NCBI GenBank assembly: GCA_902778585.1
Contig: CACYYD010000002.1
Coordinates: forward strand, 141,956-205,955
Source of the DNA: an uncultured Eubacteriales bacterium
Lineage (GTDB): Bacteria > Bacillota > Clostridia > Peptostreptococcales > Anaerovoracaceae
Length of the DNA: 64,000 nt
Reading direction: 5' to 3'
Made by a program: the position numbers and the translations under genes. Position 1 is the stretch's first letter. Each line of letters starts with the position of its first letter. The notes beneath the pieces are model-generated. The model did not search any database. It worked only from the letters and a program-made list of their open reading frames with translations, and was not told the DNA's origin. Shown one piece after another: positions 28,467 through 38,095 of this stretch.

Positions 28467-29201
28467 TTATTTATCAGCAGCTTTTCTGCCTCCGAACCTT
28501 CTGTCACGGTTGGCGTACGCATCTATCATCTCAGCGTATTCCTCCGGTGTAAAGTCAGGCCAGAGAGTATCCGTAAACATCAGCTCGCTGTATGCAGCCT
28601 GCCATGTGAGGAAGTTTGACATCCTCTCCTCACCGCTGGTCCTGATGATAAGATCCGGGTCAGGCACGTCAAAGTGAGCGCTTCCGGAGTACAGATGCTT
28701 TGAGATATCGTCCTCGGTGAGTTCTGCAGGATCCCTGCCTTCTTCGGCACACTCCCTGCAAAGCTCTTTGACGCTGCGGAGTATCTCGTCACGTCCGCCA
28801 TAGTTGAGCGCGATATTGAACACCAGTCCGTCATTGTCTGCCAGTCTTCCGACCATCTTGTCTATGGCATCGATAGATGCTTTCGGAAGCATGTCATACT
28901 GGCCGAAGATATTGATGTGCACGTTGTTCTTATCGAGCTCTTCAAGCTCTGAATTGACATACTTTACAATAAGATTGAATATGCCACTTACCTCTTCCGT
29001 GCTTCTCTTCCAGTTTTCAGTGGAGAAAGCATAGACGGTCAGGTATTTTATGCCCATATTGGACGTAGCGATGACTATTTTTTTCATCGACTGCATCCCG
29101 GCATTGTGCCCCATCACGCGCGGAACGCCGTGGGCCTTTGCCCAGCGGCCGTTTCCGTCCATTATTATTCCGACATGAGTCGGTATAGGTCTTTTTTCCA
29201 T
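28467..29201 (-). CDS. uppS: Isoprenyl transferase (undecaprenyl diphosphate synthase)
   Basis: HVGIIMDGNGRWA...YLTVYAFSTENWKR...IRTSGEERMSNFLTWQAAYSEL. Confidence 0.95.
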   Translation of the reverse strand: MEKRPIPTHVGIIMDGNGRWAKAHGVPRVMGHNAGMQSMKKIVIATSNMGIKYLTVYAFSTENWKRSTEEVSGIFNLIVKYVNSELEELDKNNVHINIFGQYDMLPKASIDAIDKMVGRLADNDGLVFNIALNYGGRDEILRSVKELCRECAEEGRDPAELTEDDISKHLYSGSAHFDVPDPDLIIRTSGEERMSNFLTWQAAYSELMFTDTLWPDFTPEEYAEMIDAYANRDRRFGGRKAADK

Positions 29202-29223
29202 GGTTTTACTATTTTACAAACAG

Positions 29224-29249
29224 TAAGCGTGGCATGAAAGCCACGCTTT
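29224..29249 (-). terminator. Stem-loop between frr and uppS (weak terminator)
   Basis: Minus strand AAGCGTGGC-tttcat-GCCACGCTT followed by ACTGTTTG. The T-tract is poor. Confidence 0.4.
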
Positions 29250-29274
29250 ACTTCAGTTATGCAGCGGCGGCAGA

Positions 29275-29823
29275 TTATACCTCCATGAGCTCCTTTTCCT
29301 TTTCGGCGATGATGGCATCGATGTCCTTGATCGCCTTCTCGACGGTCTTCTGAGTCTCTTCGAGCTCGTCCTTCAGATCGTCCTCGGTAAGTTCGCCGGC
29401 TTTCTCGGCCTTCTTGAGCTCATCGTTCACATCACGTCTGAGGTTTCTGATCGCGACCTTGGCTTCTTCGCCGTAGTTCTTTACGACCTTTGTGAGCTCC
29501 TTACGTCTCTCCTCAGTGAGCTGAGGGATCGCGAGTCTGATGACCTTGCCGTCATTAGCAGGGTTGATCCCGATATTGGCTTCGTTGATCGCTCTTTCGA
29601 TGTCCGAGATCGACTTAGGGTCGAACGGAGAGATCATAAGAGTTCTCGGATCAGGCACCGAGATATTTGCAAGTGCCTTCAGCGGTGTCGGAGATCCGTA
29701 ATAGTTTACCGACACTTTGTCGAGCAGAGCCGGATTGGCTCTTCCCGCCCTTACGGTATTGAGGTTCTCTTTAAGAAAACCCTTCGCGCCTTCTATTCTT
29801 TCGTCAAGTGATTTCTTAGCCAT
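29275..29823 (-). CDS. frr: Ribosome recycling factor
   Basis: 182 aa. VRAGRANPALLDKVSVNYYGSPTPL...IPQLTEERRKELTK. Confidence 0.95.
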   Translation of the reverse strand: MAKKSLDERIEGAKGFLKENLNTVRAGRANPALLDKVSVNYYGSPTPLKALANISVPDPRTLMISPFDPKSISDIERAINEANIGINPANDGKVIRLAIPQLTEERRKELTKVVKNYGEEAKVAIRNLRRDVNDELKKAEKAGELTEDDLKDELEETQKTVEKAIKDIDAIIAEKEKELMEV

Positions 29824-29836
29824 GATATGCCTCCCT

Positions 29837-30541
29837 CTATTGAATCAGCGTTCCGACATTCTCGCCGTTAATAACTTTCATCAGATTGCCCTCGGTCGCG
29901 AGAGCAAACACATATATCTTAGTTCCCGTATCCTTGCAAAGCGTTGCGGCTGTAAGATCCATGACCTTGAGGTCCTTGTCGATGATATCCATGTACGCAA
30001 GCTCAGTGAATCTCTCTGCGTCAGGATTCGTCCTCGGATCATCAGAGTATACCGCGTCGATGTTCTTTGCCAGCAGCAGAACGTCCGCTCCTATCTCTGC
30101 AGCTCTGAGAGCAGCAGTAGTGTCAGTTGTAAAGAACGGGCTTCCAGTGCCGCCTCCGAAGACGACTACCTTGCCTTCTTCGAGGTAGTCGAGGGCCTTG
30201 CGTCTCGCGTAGCCTTCTGCCATATCCCTGATCTCGATGGATGTCATCAGCTTGGCCGGGCAGCCTGCAGAAAGCAGAGCGTCCTGGAGAGCCAGACCGT
30301 TCATAACGGTAGCCAGCATTCCCATGTAGTCGGCAGTCGGCTTGTCGATGTTGCCGCCTGTGCGTCCGCGGAAGAAGTTGCCTCCGCCCACTACTACGCC
30401 GACCTCAACGCCCGCGTCGCGGATCTCCTTGATCTGCTTCGCGACCTTCTCAAGCTCTGCGCTGTTGACGCCGAAACGGTCCTCGCCTGCAAGAGCCTCG
30501 CCGCTGATTTTGATAAGTACTCTTTTATATTTTACAGCCAT
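29837..30541 (-). CDS. pyrH: UMP kinase
   Basis: YKRVLIKISGEALAG...VGVVVGGGNFFRG...VVVFGGGTGSPFFTTDTTAALRAAEI. Confidence 0.95.
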   Translation of the reverse strand: MAVKYKRVLIKISGEALAGEDRFGVNSAELEKVAKQIKEIRDAGVEVGVVVGGGNFFRGRTGGNIDKPTADYMGMLATVMNGLALQDALLSAGCPAKLMTSIEIRDMAEGYARRKALDYLEEGKVVVFGGGTGSPFFTTDTTAALRAAEIGADVLLLAKNIDAVYSDDPRTNPDAERFTELAYMDIIDKDLKVMDLTAATLCKDTGTKIYVFALATEGNLMKVINGENVGTLIQ

Positions 30542-30780
30542 ATTCCTTTTAAACCTATTTATACAGTAAAATCCGTCCTTATGATTTTACCACATAATTG
30601 AGACTATCACTATTTATCTTTATATTTCGACGCAGTCAATTTTCCTTGTATCCTAATGCCCAATTCCGACCTCCGGACACATTGTGCGCACATACTCAGT
30701 ATGTGCTAAAGGCCCGATTCCGGCATCCTGGCACAACGCAGCGTCTGGCGGAATATGATTGCAGTCAGGAAATCTGACGA

Positions 30781-32817
30781 TTATGCGTCCTTCTTTTCGA
30801 TCTTACGGATCTCCTTTGTGCGGATCTCCTCGCAGAGAGCGCTCACGAATTCATCAAGAGGCTTGACGCCTTCATCTCCGAGATATCTGGATCTTACCGA
30901 TACCTTGCCTTCTTCGGCTTCCTTTGCGCCGAGAACCAGCATGTAAGGGACCTTCTCCATCTGGGCCTTTCTTATCTTGTATCCGATCCTCTCGCCGCTG
31001 TTGTCGACTGTTACATCGACACCGTTCCTGCGGAGCTCCTTGCGGACTTCTTCTGCGTAGTCCGCGATCTTGTCGGAGATAGGCAGTATCCTTACCTGCT
31101 CAGGGCAGAGCCATGTAGGCAGGTTGCCGGCATAGTGCTCGATGAGCCATGCAAGCGTACGCTCGTAGCATCCGATCGATGTACGGTGGATTATGTATGG
31201 GCGCTTCTTCTGCCCGTCTCTGTCGATATAGTACATGTCATAACGGTCAGCAAGGAATTTATCTACCTGGATGGTGATCATGGTGTCTTCCTTGCCGTAT
31301 ACGTTCTTTGCCTGGATGTCGAGCTTAGGTCCGTAGAATGCAGCTTCGCCGATCGCTTCTGTAAACTCGATGCCTATCTCGTTGAGGATATCTCTCATGA
31401 AGTCCTCGACATCATCCCAGTCCTCTGCTGTTCCGAGGTAATCTTCAGCGTGATCAGGGTCCCATCTCGACAGTCTGTAAGTAACATCGCCCTCAAGGCC
31501 GAGCGTGGTGAGGCAGTACTTCGCAAGCTCTACGCAGCCCTTGAACTCGTCTGCGAGCTGATCCTGCGCGACTACCAGGTGTCCCTCGGAGATGGTGAAC
31601 TGGCGGACTCTCGTGAGTCCGTGCATCTCGCCCGCCTGCTCGTTTCTGAACAGGGTCGAAGTCTCGCCCATCCTGTAAGGCAGGTCCCTGTAGCTCTTCT
31701 GGCGTGCCTTGTAGACGTAGTACTGGAACGGGCATGTCATCGGGCGGAGTGCCATTACATCAGCATCCGCATCGTTTTCGATAAGATTCAGGTCTTCGAC
31801 TCCGCGGATCTCGCTGGAGCGGTCCTCTCCTGCCATGAGCTCGTCCATGTTGTCATATCCCAGCAGGAACATTCCGTCCTTATAGTGATACCAGTGATCC
31901 GAGATCTTGTAGAGTGTGGACTTTGCCATAAGCGGTGTCCTTGTGCGGACATAGCCCCATTCATACTCTTCGAGGTCTTCGATCCATCTCTGCATCTTCT
32001 GGATGATCTTTGTTCCCTTAGGCATAAAGAGCGGGAGTCCCTGGCCGATAACATCAACAGTCGTAAAGAGGTCCATATCGCGGCCGAGTCTGTTGTGGTC
32101 TCTGTTCTTTATGTCTGCAAGGTAAGCGAGATACTCCTCGAGATCTTCCTTCTTTGTGTAGGCTGTACCGTAGATACGTGTGAGCATCTTGTTGTGCTCA
32201 TCGCCTCTCCAGTAAGCGCCGGAGCTCGATGTGAGAGCGAATGCCTTGATAGGCTTTGTGCTCATGATGTGCGGACCTGCGCAGAGCTCAACGAAGTCGC
32301 CCTGCTTGTAGAACGAGATAGCCTCGTCCTCAGGGAGATCCTCGATCAGCTGCACCTTGTAAGGCTCATCCTTGTCCTTGTACATCTGGATGGCTTCTTC
32401 TCTAGGCATCTCAAAGTATTCGAGCCTGTCGCCCTTCTTGATGATCTTCTTCATCTCAGCCTCGATCTTGTCGAGATCTTCTCTTGTCAGAGGCGGCATG
32501 TCGAAGTCATAGTAGAATCCGTTGTCGATCGATGGTCCGATAGCCAGCTTTGCGTCCGGGTAAAGATTCTTTACGGCCTCAGCCAGAACGTGGGAGCATG
32601 TGTGCCTATAGGCGCGCTTTCCCTCGTCCGAGTCGAATGTCAGTATATTGAGTGTGCAGTCCTTGTCTACGACCGTTCTGAGGTCCTTTACCTCTCCGTC
32701 GATCTCGGCGATGCATGCAACTCTTGCAAGGCCTTCGCTGAGGTCTCTTGCGATGTCATAAGCGGACATCGGCTGTGCATACTCTTTCTTGCTTCCGTCT
32801 TTCAGTGTGATTACCAA
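30781..32817 (-). CDS. thrS: Threonine--tRNA ligase
   Basis: 678 aa. TGS domain ITLKDGS, editing-domain HTCSHVLA, class II core FRNEQAGEMHGLTRVRQFT, and a C-terminal anticodon-binding domain. TTG start 7 nt after AAGGAGG. Confidence 0.95.
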   Translation of the reverse strand: MVITLKDGSKKEYAQPMSAYDIARDLSEGLARVACIAEIDGEVKDLRTVVDKDCTLNILTFDSDEGKRAYRHTCSHVLAEAVKNLYPDAKLAIGPSIDNGFYYDFDMPPLTREDLDKIEAEMKKIIKKGDRLEYFEMPREEAIQMYKDKDEPYKVQLIEDLPEDEAISFYKQGDFVELCAGPHIMSTKPIKAFALTSSSGAYWRGDEHNKMLTRIYGTAYTKKEDLEEYLAYLADIKNRDHNRLGRDMDLFTTVDVIGQGLPLFMPKGTKIIQKMQRWIEDLEEYEWGYVRTRTPLMAKSTLYKISDHWYHYKDGMFLLGYDNMDELMAGEDRSSEIRGVEDLNLIENDADADVMALRPMTCPFQYYVYKARQKSYRDLPYRMGETSTLFRNEQAGEMHGLTRVRQFTISEGHLVVAQDQLADEFKGCVELAKYCLTTLGLEGDVTYRLSRWDPDHAEDYLGTAEDWDDVEDFMRDILNEIGIEFTEAIGEAAFYGPKLDIQAKNVYGKEDTMITIQVDKFLADRYDMYYIDRDGQKKRPYIIHRTSIGCYERTLAWLIEHYAGNLPTWLCPEQVRILPISDKIADYAEEVRKELRRNGVDVTVDNSGERIGYKIRKAQMEKVPYMLVLGAKEAEEGKVSVRSRYLGDEGVKPLDEFVSALCEEIRTKEIRKIEKKDA

Positions 32818-32829
32818 TTTGTTTTCCTC

Positions 32830-33146
32830 CTTAATTCTCTTTTCTCCGCGATACGAAGGCGGAGATCAGGATATAGTTTTGTCCGGCCGGGGACAAAAAA
32901 TAGTCCCCTCCGACTGTATGTCAGAAGGGACGCATACTCGGGTATGTATGAGTATCCGTGGTTCCACCCATCTTCCGGCAAAGGCTTTTGCCGGCACTCA
33001 TTCGGACTTTTAACGCTGTCCGGGCGGGCATTATTGGTGCCACTCAGAGGTGGTTTTCGGAACACCGGGACTTAGGATGATTCCAGCTGCCATCCCTCTC
33101 TGGCAAGCCCCATTGGTGAACTTACTGTCCTCGTCAACGTTTTACC
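32830..33146 (-). promoter_or_regulatory. T-box riboswitch leader, Thr (ACC) specifier
   Basis: Minus strand: T-box sequence AAGATGGGTGGAACCACGG (32956-32974). Stem I elements are GACGAGGA...AGTA and the CCAGAGAGGG box. The specifier loop GAAAACCACC has ACC followed by A at 33052-33054. A downstream hairpin GGATACTC...GAGTATGC is present. Confidence 0.8.
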
Positions 33147-33151
33147 CGCAA

Positions 33152-33180
33152 ATGATACAGAATTAGTCCGGCCTTGTCAA
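33152..33180 (-). promoter_or_regulatory. thrS promoter (TTGACA-17 nt-TATCAT)
   Basis: -35 at 33175-33180 and -10 at 33152-33157 on the minus strand, directly upstream of T-box Stem I. Confidence 0.55.
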
Positions 33181-33207
33181 GAATACAAAGCCGCTTCGAA
33201 AGGCCGA

Positions 33208-34287
33208 TTACAGTGTTACCACCCAACCGCCCATAGGGTCTTCGATCTCGCCTGTCTGCATTCCGTAAAGTGTGTCATACAGCTTCTGGCTGAGCTCTCC
33301 TACCTTCTCGCCGTTGATTGGAAACTCTGTTCCCTTGTAGTTGAGAAGACCGATTGGCGAAACTACGCATGCTGTTCCTGTTGCCCATGCTTCTGTCAGC
33401 GTTCCGTTCTTGATAGCCTCGATGACTTCCTCGATCTCAAGACGCTTCTCTTCAGTCTTTACGCCCCACTTGGCCATGAGCTTGAGAGCGCTGTCTCTTG
33501 TGACGCCCGGAAGGATCGATCCTGTCAGTGATGATGTGTAAACTGTGTCGCCGATCTTGAAGAAGGCGTTGGATGTGCCGACCTCTTCAACATACTTATG
33601 CTCCTTTGCGTCGAGCCAGAGGACCTCTTCACAGCCGTGCTTCTTTGCCTCTGTAGCAGCGATCATTCCGCATGAATAGTTGCCGCCGCACTTAGCGAAT
33701 CCCGTGCCGCCTACTGCAGCTCTGATGAACTCTTCCTCTACCCAGATGTGGCTTCCATGGAGCTCCTTGTCGTTGCCCTCATAGTAAGCAGCTACAGGTG
33801 TCATGATTATGCAGAAGATATATCTCGAAGCCGGATGAACAGCCATGCTTGGCTCCGGTGAGATGATGAACGGACGGATGTACAGCGATGTTCCCGGCTC
33901 TTCAGGTACCCAGTCGATATCTGCCTTTACAGCCGCCTTTACTGCTGCGATAAAGAGATCAACATCGATCTCAGGGATGCAGAGTCTCCTGTTGGAGTTC
34001 TGCATTCTCTTCGCGTTCATGTCAGGTCTGAAGAGGTTGATGCCGCCCTGAGGGTTCTTGTATGCCTTCATGCCCTCGAATGTCATCTGGCCGTAGTGAA
34101 GAGTCGTGGCTGCCGGATCAAGCTGGAGAGGTGCGTAAGGCACGATGCGTCCGTCATGCCAGCCCTGTCCCTCGTCATACTCCATGATGAACATGTGGTC
34201 AGTATATGTCTTACCGAAGCCGAGAGCTTTCTGGTCAGGCTTTTCCTTAGGTGTTGCTGTTCTTGTTACCGGGAATGTATATTCCAT
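33208..34287 (-). CDS. ilvE: Branched-chain amino acid aminotransferase
   Basis: 359 aa. GFGKTYTDHMF...TLHYGQMTFEGMKAY...GGTGFAKCGGNY is a class IV aminotransferase. ATG at 34287 follows AAGGAGGAG. The ORF-track start at 34347 overlaps ilvA. Confidence 0.9.
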   Translation of the reverse strand: MEYTFPVTRTATPKEKPDQKALGFGKTYTDHMFIMEYDEGQGWHDGRIVPYAPLQLDPAATTLHYGQMTFEGMKAYKNPQGGINLFRPDMNAKRMQNSNRRLCIPEIDVDLFIAAVKAAVKADIDWVPEEPGTSLYIRPFIISPEPSMAVHPASRYIFCIIMTPVAAYYEGNDKELHGSHIWVEEEFIRAAVGGTGFAKCGGNYSCGMIAATEAKKHGCEEVLWLDAKEHKYVEEVGTSNAFFKIGDTVYTSSLTGSILPGVTRDSALKLMAKWGVKTEEKRLEIEEVIEAIKNGTLTEAWATGTACVVSPIGLLNYKGTEFPINGEKVGELSQKLYDTLYGMQTGEIEDPMGGWVVTL

Positions 34288-34339
34288 TTTCTTTCTCCTC
34301 CTTATTGGTTTTATACCCTTTATTGTGATCTGTATGCCG

Positions 34340-35542
34340 TTACACAAGATTGAAACCCTGCTCTGTAAGTGTGGCTCTTACCTGTTCGAGCTGCTCAAAG
34401 TCTCTTGTCTCTATCTCAAGTGTCAGCACACAGCTTGTAACCGTCGTATCAGGATCGGAATGTCCGTAGTGGACTCCGGTCACGTTTGCTCCGCATGAAG
34501 CGATTATCGTGGCTACATCCACAAGCTGCCCCGGCTTGTCCTCAAGCGCTATCTGCAGCGTTGCGTTTCTGCCGCTTGTCACAAGACCTCTTGTGATAAC
34601 GCGGGAGAGGATGTTCACGTCGATGTTCCCGCCGGATACCAGGCAGACCACGTTCTTTCCCTCGACCGGGATCTTGTCTGCCATCACCGCGGCGAGCGAT
34701 ACGGCACCTGCTCCTTCTGCGATCAGCTTCTGCTTTTCGATAAGAGCAAGTATGGCCACGGCGATCTCGTCCTCTGTGACCGTCAAAACATCATCCACAT
34801 ATTTCTTTATGAGATCGAATGTGAGGTCTCCCGGATGCTTTACGGCGATGCCGTCAGCGAATGTATTGACCGTATTTAGCGTGACCTGCTCATCGTACTT
34901 AAGGCTGTCTGCCATGCTGGCTGCCTCTTTTGCCTGGACTCCGTATATCTTGATATCCGGCTTAAGGCTCTTTGCCGCAAAAGCGACTCCGGATATAAGT
35001 CCGCCGCCGCCCACAGGAACAACGATGGCATCGACATCCTTCAGCTGATCAAGTATCTCAAGTCCTATAGTGCCCTGTCCCGCGATGACATCCGGATCAT
35101 CGAACGGGTGAATGAATGTGGCGTGCTCTTCTTCCTGAAGCTTGCATGCGTACTGATACGCATCATCATAGGCTCCCTTTACAAGAGCTACCTCAGCACC
35201 GTATGACTTAGTAGCCTGGACCTTGCTGATAGGAGCACCGTCAGGCATGCATATAGTCGCCTTGATGCCCATGTTCTTTGCCGCGAGAGCGACGCCCTGT
35301 GCGTGGTTTCCGGCGCTGCATGCTACGATGCCGGCCGCCTTTTCTTCGTCAGACAACTTGCTTATCTTGAAATAGGCTCCTCTCAGCTTGAAGCTTCCTG
35401 TTACCTGCAGGTTCTCTGTCTTAAAGTAGACCTGATTCTTTCCGCTGAAGTGCGGCGAATATATAAGATCTGTCTTGCGGGCTACATCCTTAAGTGTGAA
35501 CGCCGCCTGATATATTCTGTCAAGTGATAGTTTTTTACTCAT
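34340..35542 (-). CDS. ilvA: Threonine ammonia-lyase (threonine dehydratase) with C-terminal ACT-like domain
   Basis: PLP-lysine motif ENLQVTGSFKLRGA, glycine loop VPVGGGGLISG, and a roughly 80-aa C-terminal regulatory domain. Confidence 0.9.
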   Translation of the reverse strand: MSKKLSLDRIYQAAFTLKDVARKTDLIYSPHFSGKNQVYFKTENLQVTGSFKLRGAYFKISKLSDEEKAAGIVACSAGNHAQGVALAAKNMGIKATICMPDGAPISKVQATKSYGAEVALVKGAYDDAYQYACKLQEEEHATFIHPFDDPDVIAGQGTIGLEILDQLKDVDAIVVPVGGGGLISGVAFAAKSLKPDIKIYGVQAKEAASMADSLKYDEQVTLNTVNTFADGIAVKHPGDLTFDLIKKYVDDVLTVTEDEIAVAILALIEKQKLIAEGAGAVSLAAVMADKIPVEGKNVVCLVSGGNIDVNILSRVITRGLVTSGRNATLQIALEDKPGQLVDVATIIASCGANVTGVHYGHSDPDTTVTSCVLTLEIETRDFEQLEQVRATLTEQGFNLV

Positions 35543-35558
35543 CTCTCATCCCTTCTGA

Positions 35559-36959
35559 TCATTTTTCTTTGAGCCTGGCCGCTTCGCCCCTCAGCCAGGT
35601 TATTAGCTGGCTTGCCGTACGGCCGCTCATGCCGCCGTGACGGAGTTCCCACTTCCTTGCTATGTCTGAAAGCTCCTTCTCGCCTATCTCTATTCCGTTG
35701 CGCTTTGTAAGTTCTCTTACTATGTTGAGATACTCTCCGGCGTTAGGCTTTGCGTAGTAGATGGTCACTCCGAATCTGCTCGCCAGTGAGAGCTTCTCCT
35801 CCATGGTATCGGAGCGGTGGATATCTTCGTTGTACTCCATATCCTGCCTGTCGCCCCAGGTCTCCCTGATAAGATGCCTGCGGTTTGATGTCGCGTAAAT
35901 GAGCACCCTGTCGGACCTGGATTCAAGAGCGCCTTCAAGCATGGCCTTGAGCTCCTTGTAGTCGCTCTCGTTCTCCTCAAATGACAGGTCATCGAGGAAG
36001 ATTATGAATCTGTAGTTTCTTTTCTTTATCTCTGCCAGGACCTGTGAGAGCTTGCTTCTGTCTGCCTTTGAGATCTCGACAAGCCTGAGGCCCCTGCCGA
36101 AGTAATCGTGCATCAGAGCGTGTATGCTGGTGGACTTGCCCGTGCCGCTGTCTCCGTACAGAAGAACGTTGTTTGCGTGCACTCCGTTCACGAAGGCCTC
36201 GGTATTCTCCTTCAGAGCCTTCTTCTGATCTTCATACCCTACAAGGTCGTCAAAGGTGACATCCTCAGTATCGGTAACAGGCACTATGCGAAGGGCATCT
36301 TCTCCTTCTGCCACGCGGAACGCCTTGTAAAGACCGTATATGCCGACTCCGTATCCGGCATAATGCTGCGAGATGATCTCGCCGAAAGACTTAACATCAG
36401 CCGCATCGGCCAGTTTGCTGCTCAGGATGCGTATCCGCTTTCCCGTGCCGCTGTCAGGCTCCTGGGCGAAAGGCATGTGATACTTCGCCATCATGGCGAG
36501 GATATCCGTGCCTGTGGCTTTGCCGAGAGCTTCAAGGTCCAGATGCATGATCTCCCTGAATATCTCAAAGTCCTTCTCGGCAAGTTTCATCATGGTAGAA
36601 GTCTTTCCGACCGGCCTTCGCTCGCATGTGAGAGTGAATGGGTTCTCATGCATCATGATCATGTATGCGATCCACTGCTGCCAGATATTGCCGTAGAGTG
36701 CAAACTCAGTCGCAAATGACACGAGTCTTCTCGTAAGCTTCATCACCTTTTCTGCGGCGGCAGGATCGACCTGTATCTGAGCACTTTTGGTCTTGCCGCT
36801 GTGCTCGGTCACGGCGCGTACCTTTCCGTACGCGTCCACCATTACCTGCTTCTGTAAAGGCGCTTTCGGCGCGGCATACTGAAGCACGGCAAGTGTGTCA
36901 TGCCAGTCACTGTTTGCCTGTCCTTCGTCGCTGTAAAAAAGAAATCTGAAATCAGACAT
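35559..36959 (-). CDS. DUF815-type P-loop (AAA-like) ATPase of unknown function
   Basis: 466 aa. Walker A LLYGDSGTGKST, Walker B FIIFLDDLSF, and IYATSNRRHLI. The C-terminal half matches the DUF815 pattern and the roughly 230-aa N-terminal region is unassigned. It is tightly packed between leuB (8-nt gap) and ilvA (16-nt gap). Confidence 0.7.
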   Translation of the reverse strand: MSDFRFLFYSDEGQANSDWHDTLAVLQYAAPKAPLQKQVMVDAYGKVRAVTEHSGKTKSAQIQVDPAAAEKVMKLTRRLVSFATEFALYGNIWQQWIAYMIMMHENPFTLTCERRPVGKTSTMMKLAEKDFEIFREIMHLDLEALGKATGTDILAMMAKYHMPFAQEPDSGTGKRIRILSSKLADAADVKSFGEIISQHYAGYGVGIYGLYKAFRVAEGEDALRIVPVTDTEDVTFDDLVGYEDQKKALKENTEAFVNGVHANNVLLYGDSGTGKSTSIHALMHDYFGRGLRLVEISKADRSKLSQVLAEIKKRNYRFIIFLDDLSFEENESDYKELKAMLEGALESRSDRVLIYATSNRRHLIRETWGDRQDMEYNEDIHRSDTMEEKLSLASRFGVTIYYAKPNAGEYLNIVRELTKRNGIEIGEKELSDIARKWELRHGGMSGRTASQLITWLRGEAARLKEK

Positions 36960-36967
36960 TTATGCTC

Positions 36968-38041
36968 CTATTCCATGTGTTCAAGTATCTTATCTTTCAT
37001 CTGGCTTCCGGTCAGCCATGTCTCATCTTCCGGAGCCTTGATGTCTCTTGTTCTCCAGCCCTCTTCGAGTACTGCTGAAACAGCATTCTCGATATAGTCG
37101 GCCTCTTCTGAAAGGTCGAACGAATATCTCAGCATCATTGCTGCGGAGAGTATCGTCGCTATCGGATTTGCAAGGCCTGTTCCCGCTATGTCCGGTGCCG
37201 AGCCGTGGATAGGCTCATACATTCCCCTTGAAGTCTCTCCGAGCGAAGCCGATGCCAGAAGTCCTATAGAGCCTGTAACCTGCGAAGCCTCATCTGAGAG
37301 TATGTCACCGAACATATTCGATGTGACGATGACGTCAAAGAACGAAGGGTCGCGGATTATCTGCATAGCCGCGTTGTCCACGTACATGTCGTCAAGTCTT
37401 ACGTCAGGATACTCCGTCTCTCCGAGCCTGTGGACAGTCTCTCTCCAGAGCCTCGATGACTCAAGTACATTGGCCTTGTCTACGCTTGTCACATGTCCGC
37501 TGCGCTTTCTTGCTGTCTCGAAGGCTCTTCTGGCGACTCTTTCTACCTCAGCCACGCTGTACTTCTCAGTATCGAAGGCTTCGTCCCCGGCTTCGTTTCT
37601 GCCTCTTTCGCCGAAGTATATGCCTCCTGTAAGCTCGCGGACTATCATAAGGTCAAAGCCCTTTGCGGCGATATCCGGTCTCAGCACGCAGGCATCAGCG
37701 AGCGCCGGCTGTATCTTCGCCGGTCTCAGATTGGTATAGAGACCGAGCGCCTTTCTGAGTCCGAGAAGAGCCTTCTCAGGTCTCAGATGATTCGGCTGGC
37801 TGTCCCACTTAGGGCCTCCGACTGCGCCGAGCATCACGCTGTCTGCCGCAAGACATCCGTCCACAGTCTCCTGCGGGAGAGGAATGCCGTACTTGTCAAT
37901 GGCGTTGCCGCCTGCGGCATATTCGGTAAAGCAGAACTCATGCCCGAATTTTTCAGCTGTTTTCTCAAGCACTTCGACAGCATCTGCGATTATCTCGGGG
38001 CCTATCCCGTCTCCGGGAACGAGAGCAATGTTATATTTCAT
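36968..38041 (-). CDS. leuB: 3-isopropylmalate dehydrogenase
   Basis: MKYNIALVPGDGIGPEI...NLRP...DMMIVRELTGGIYFG...NMFGDILSDEAS. Confidence 0.95.
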   Translation of the reverse strand: MKYNIALVPGDGIGPEIIADAVEVLEKTAEKFGHEFCFTEYAAGGNAIDKYGIPLPQETVDGCLAADSVMLGAVGGPKWDSQPNHLRPEKALLGLRKALGLYTNLRPAKIQPALADACVLRPDIAAKGFDLMIVRELTGGIYFGERGRNEAGDEAFDTEKYSVAEVERVARRAFETARKRSGHVTSVDKANVLESSRLWRETVHRLGETEYPDVRLDDMYVDNAAMQIIRDPSFFDVIVTSNMFGDILSDEASQVTGSIGLLASASLGETSRGMYEPIHGSAPDIAGTGLANPIATILSAAMMLRYSFDLSEEADYIENAVSAVLEEGWRTRDIKAPEDETWLTGSQMKDKILEHME

Positions 38042-38095
38042 ATCTCTTTTCCTTGATCCTTTATAAAACCAATAAATTAATATTGGTAACTTGTG

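Noticed and set aside
31135-33075. 646-aa plus-strand ORF, the longest alternative ORF in the window
   Set aside because: It is entirely antisense to thrS and its T-box leader. It has a Val/Leu/Asp/Cys/His-rich shadow-ORF composition, no RBS and no recognisable motifs. thrS on the opposite strand is unambiguous.
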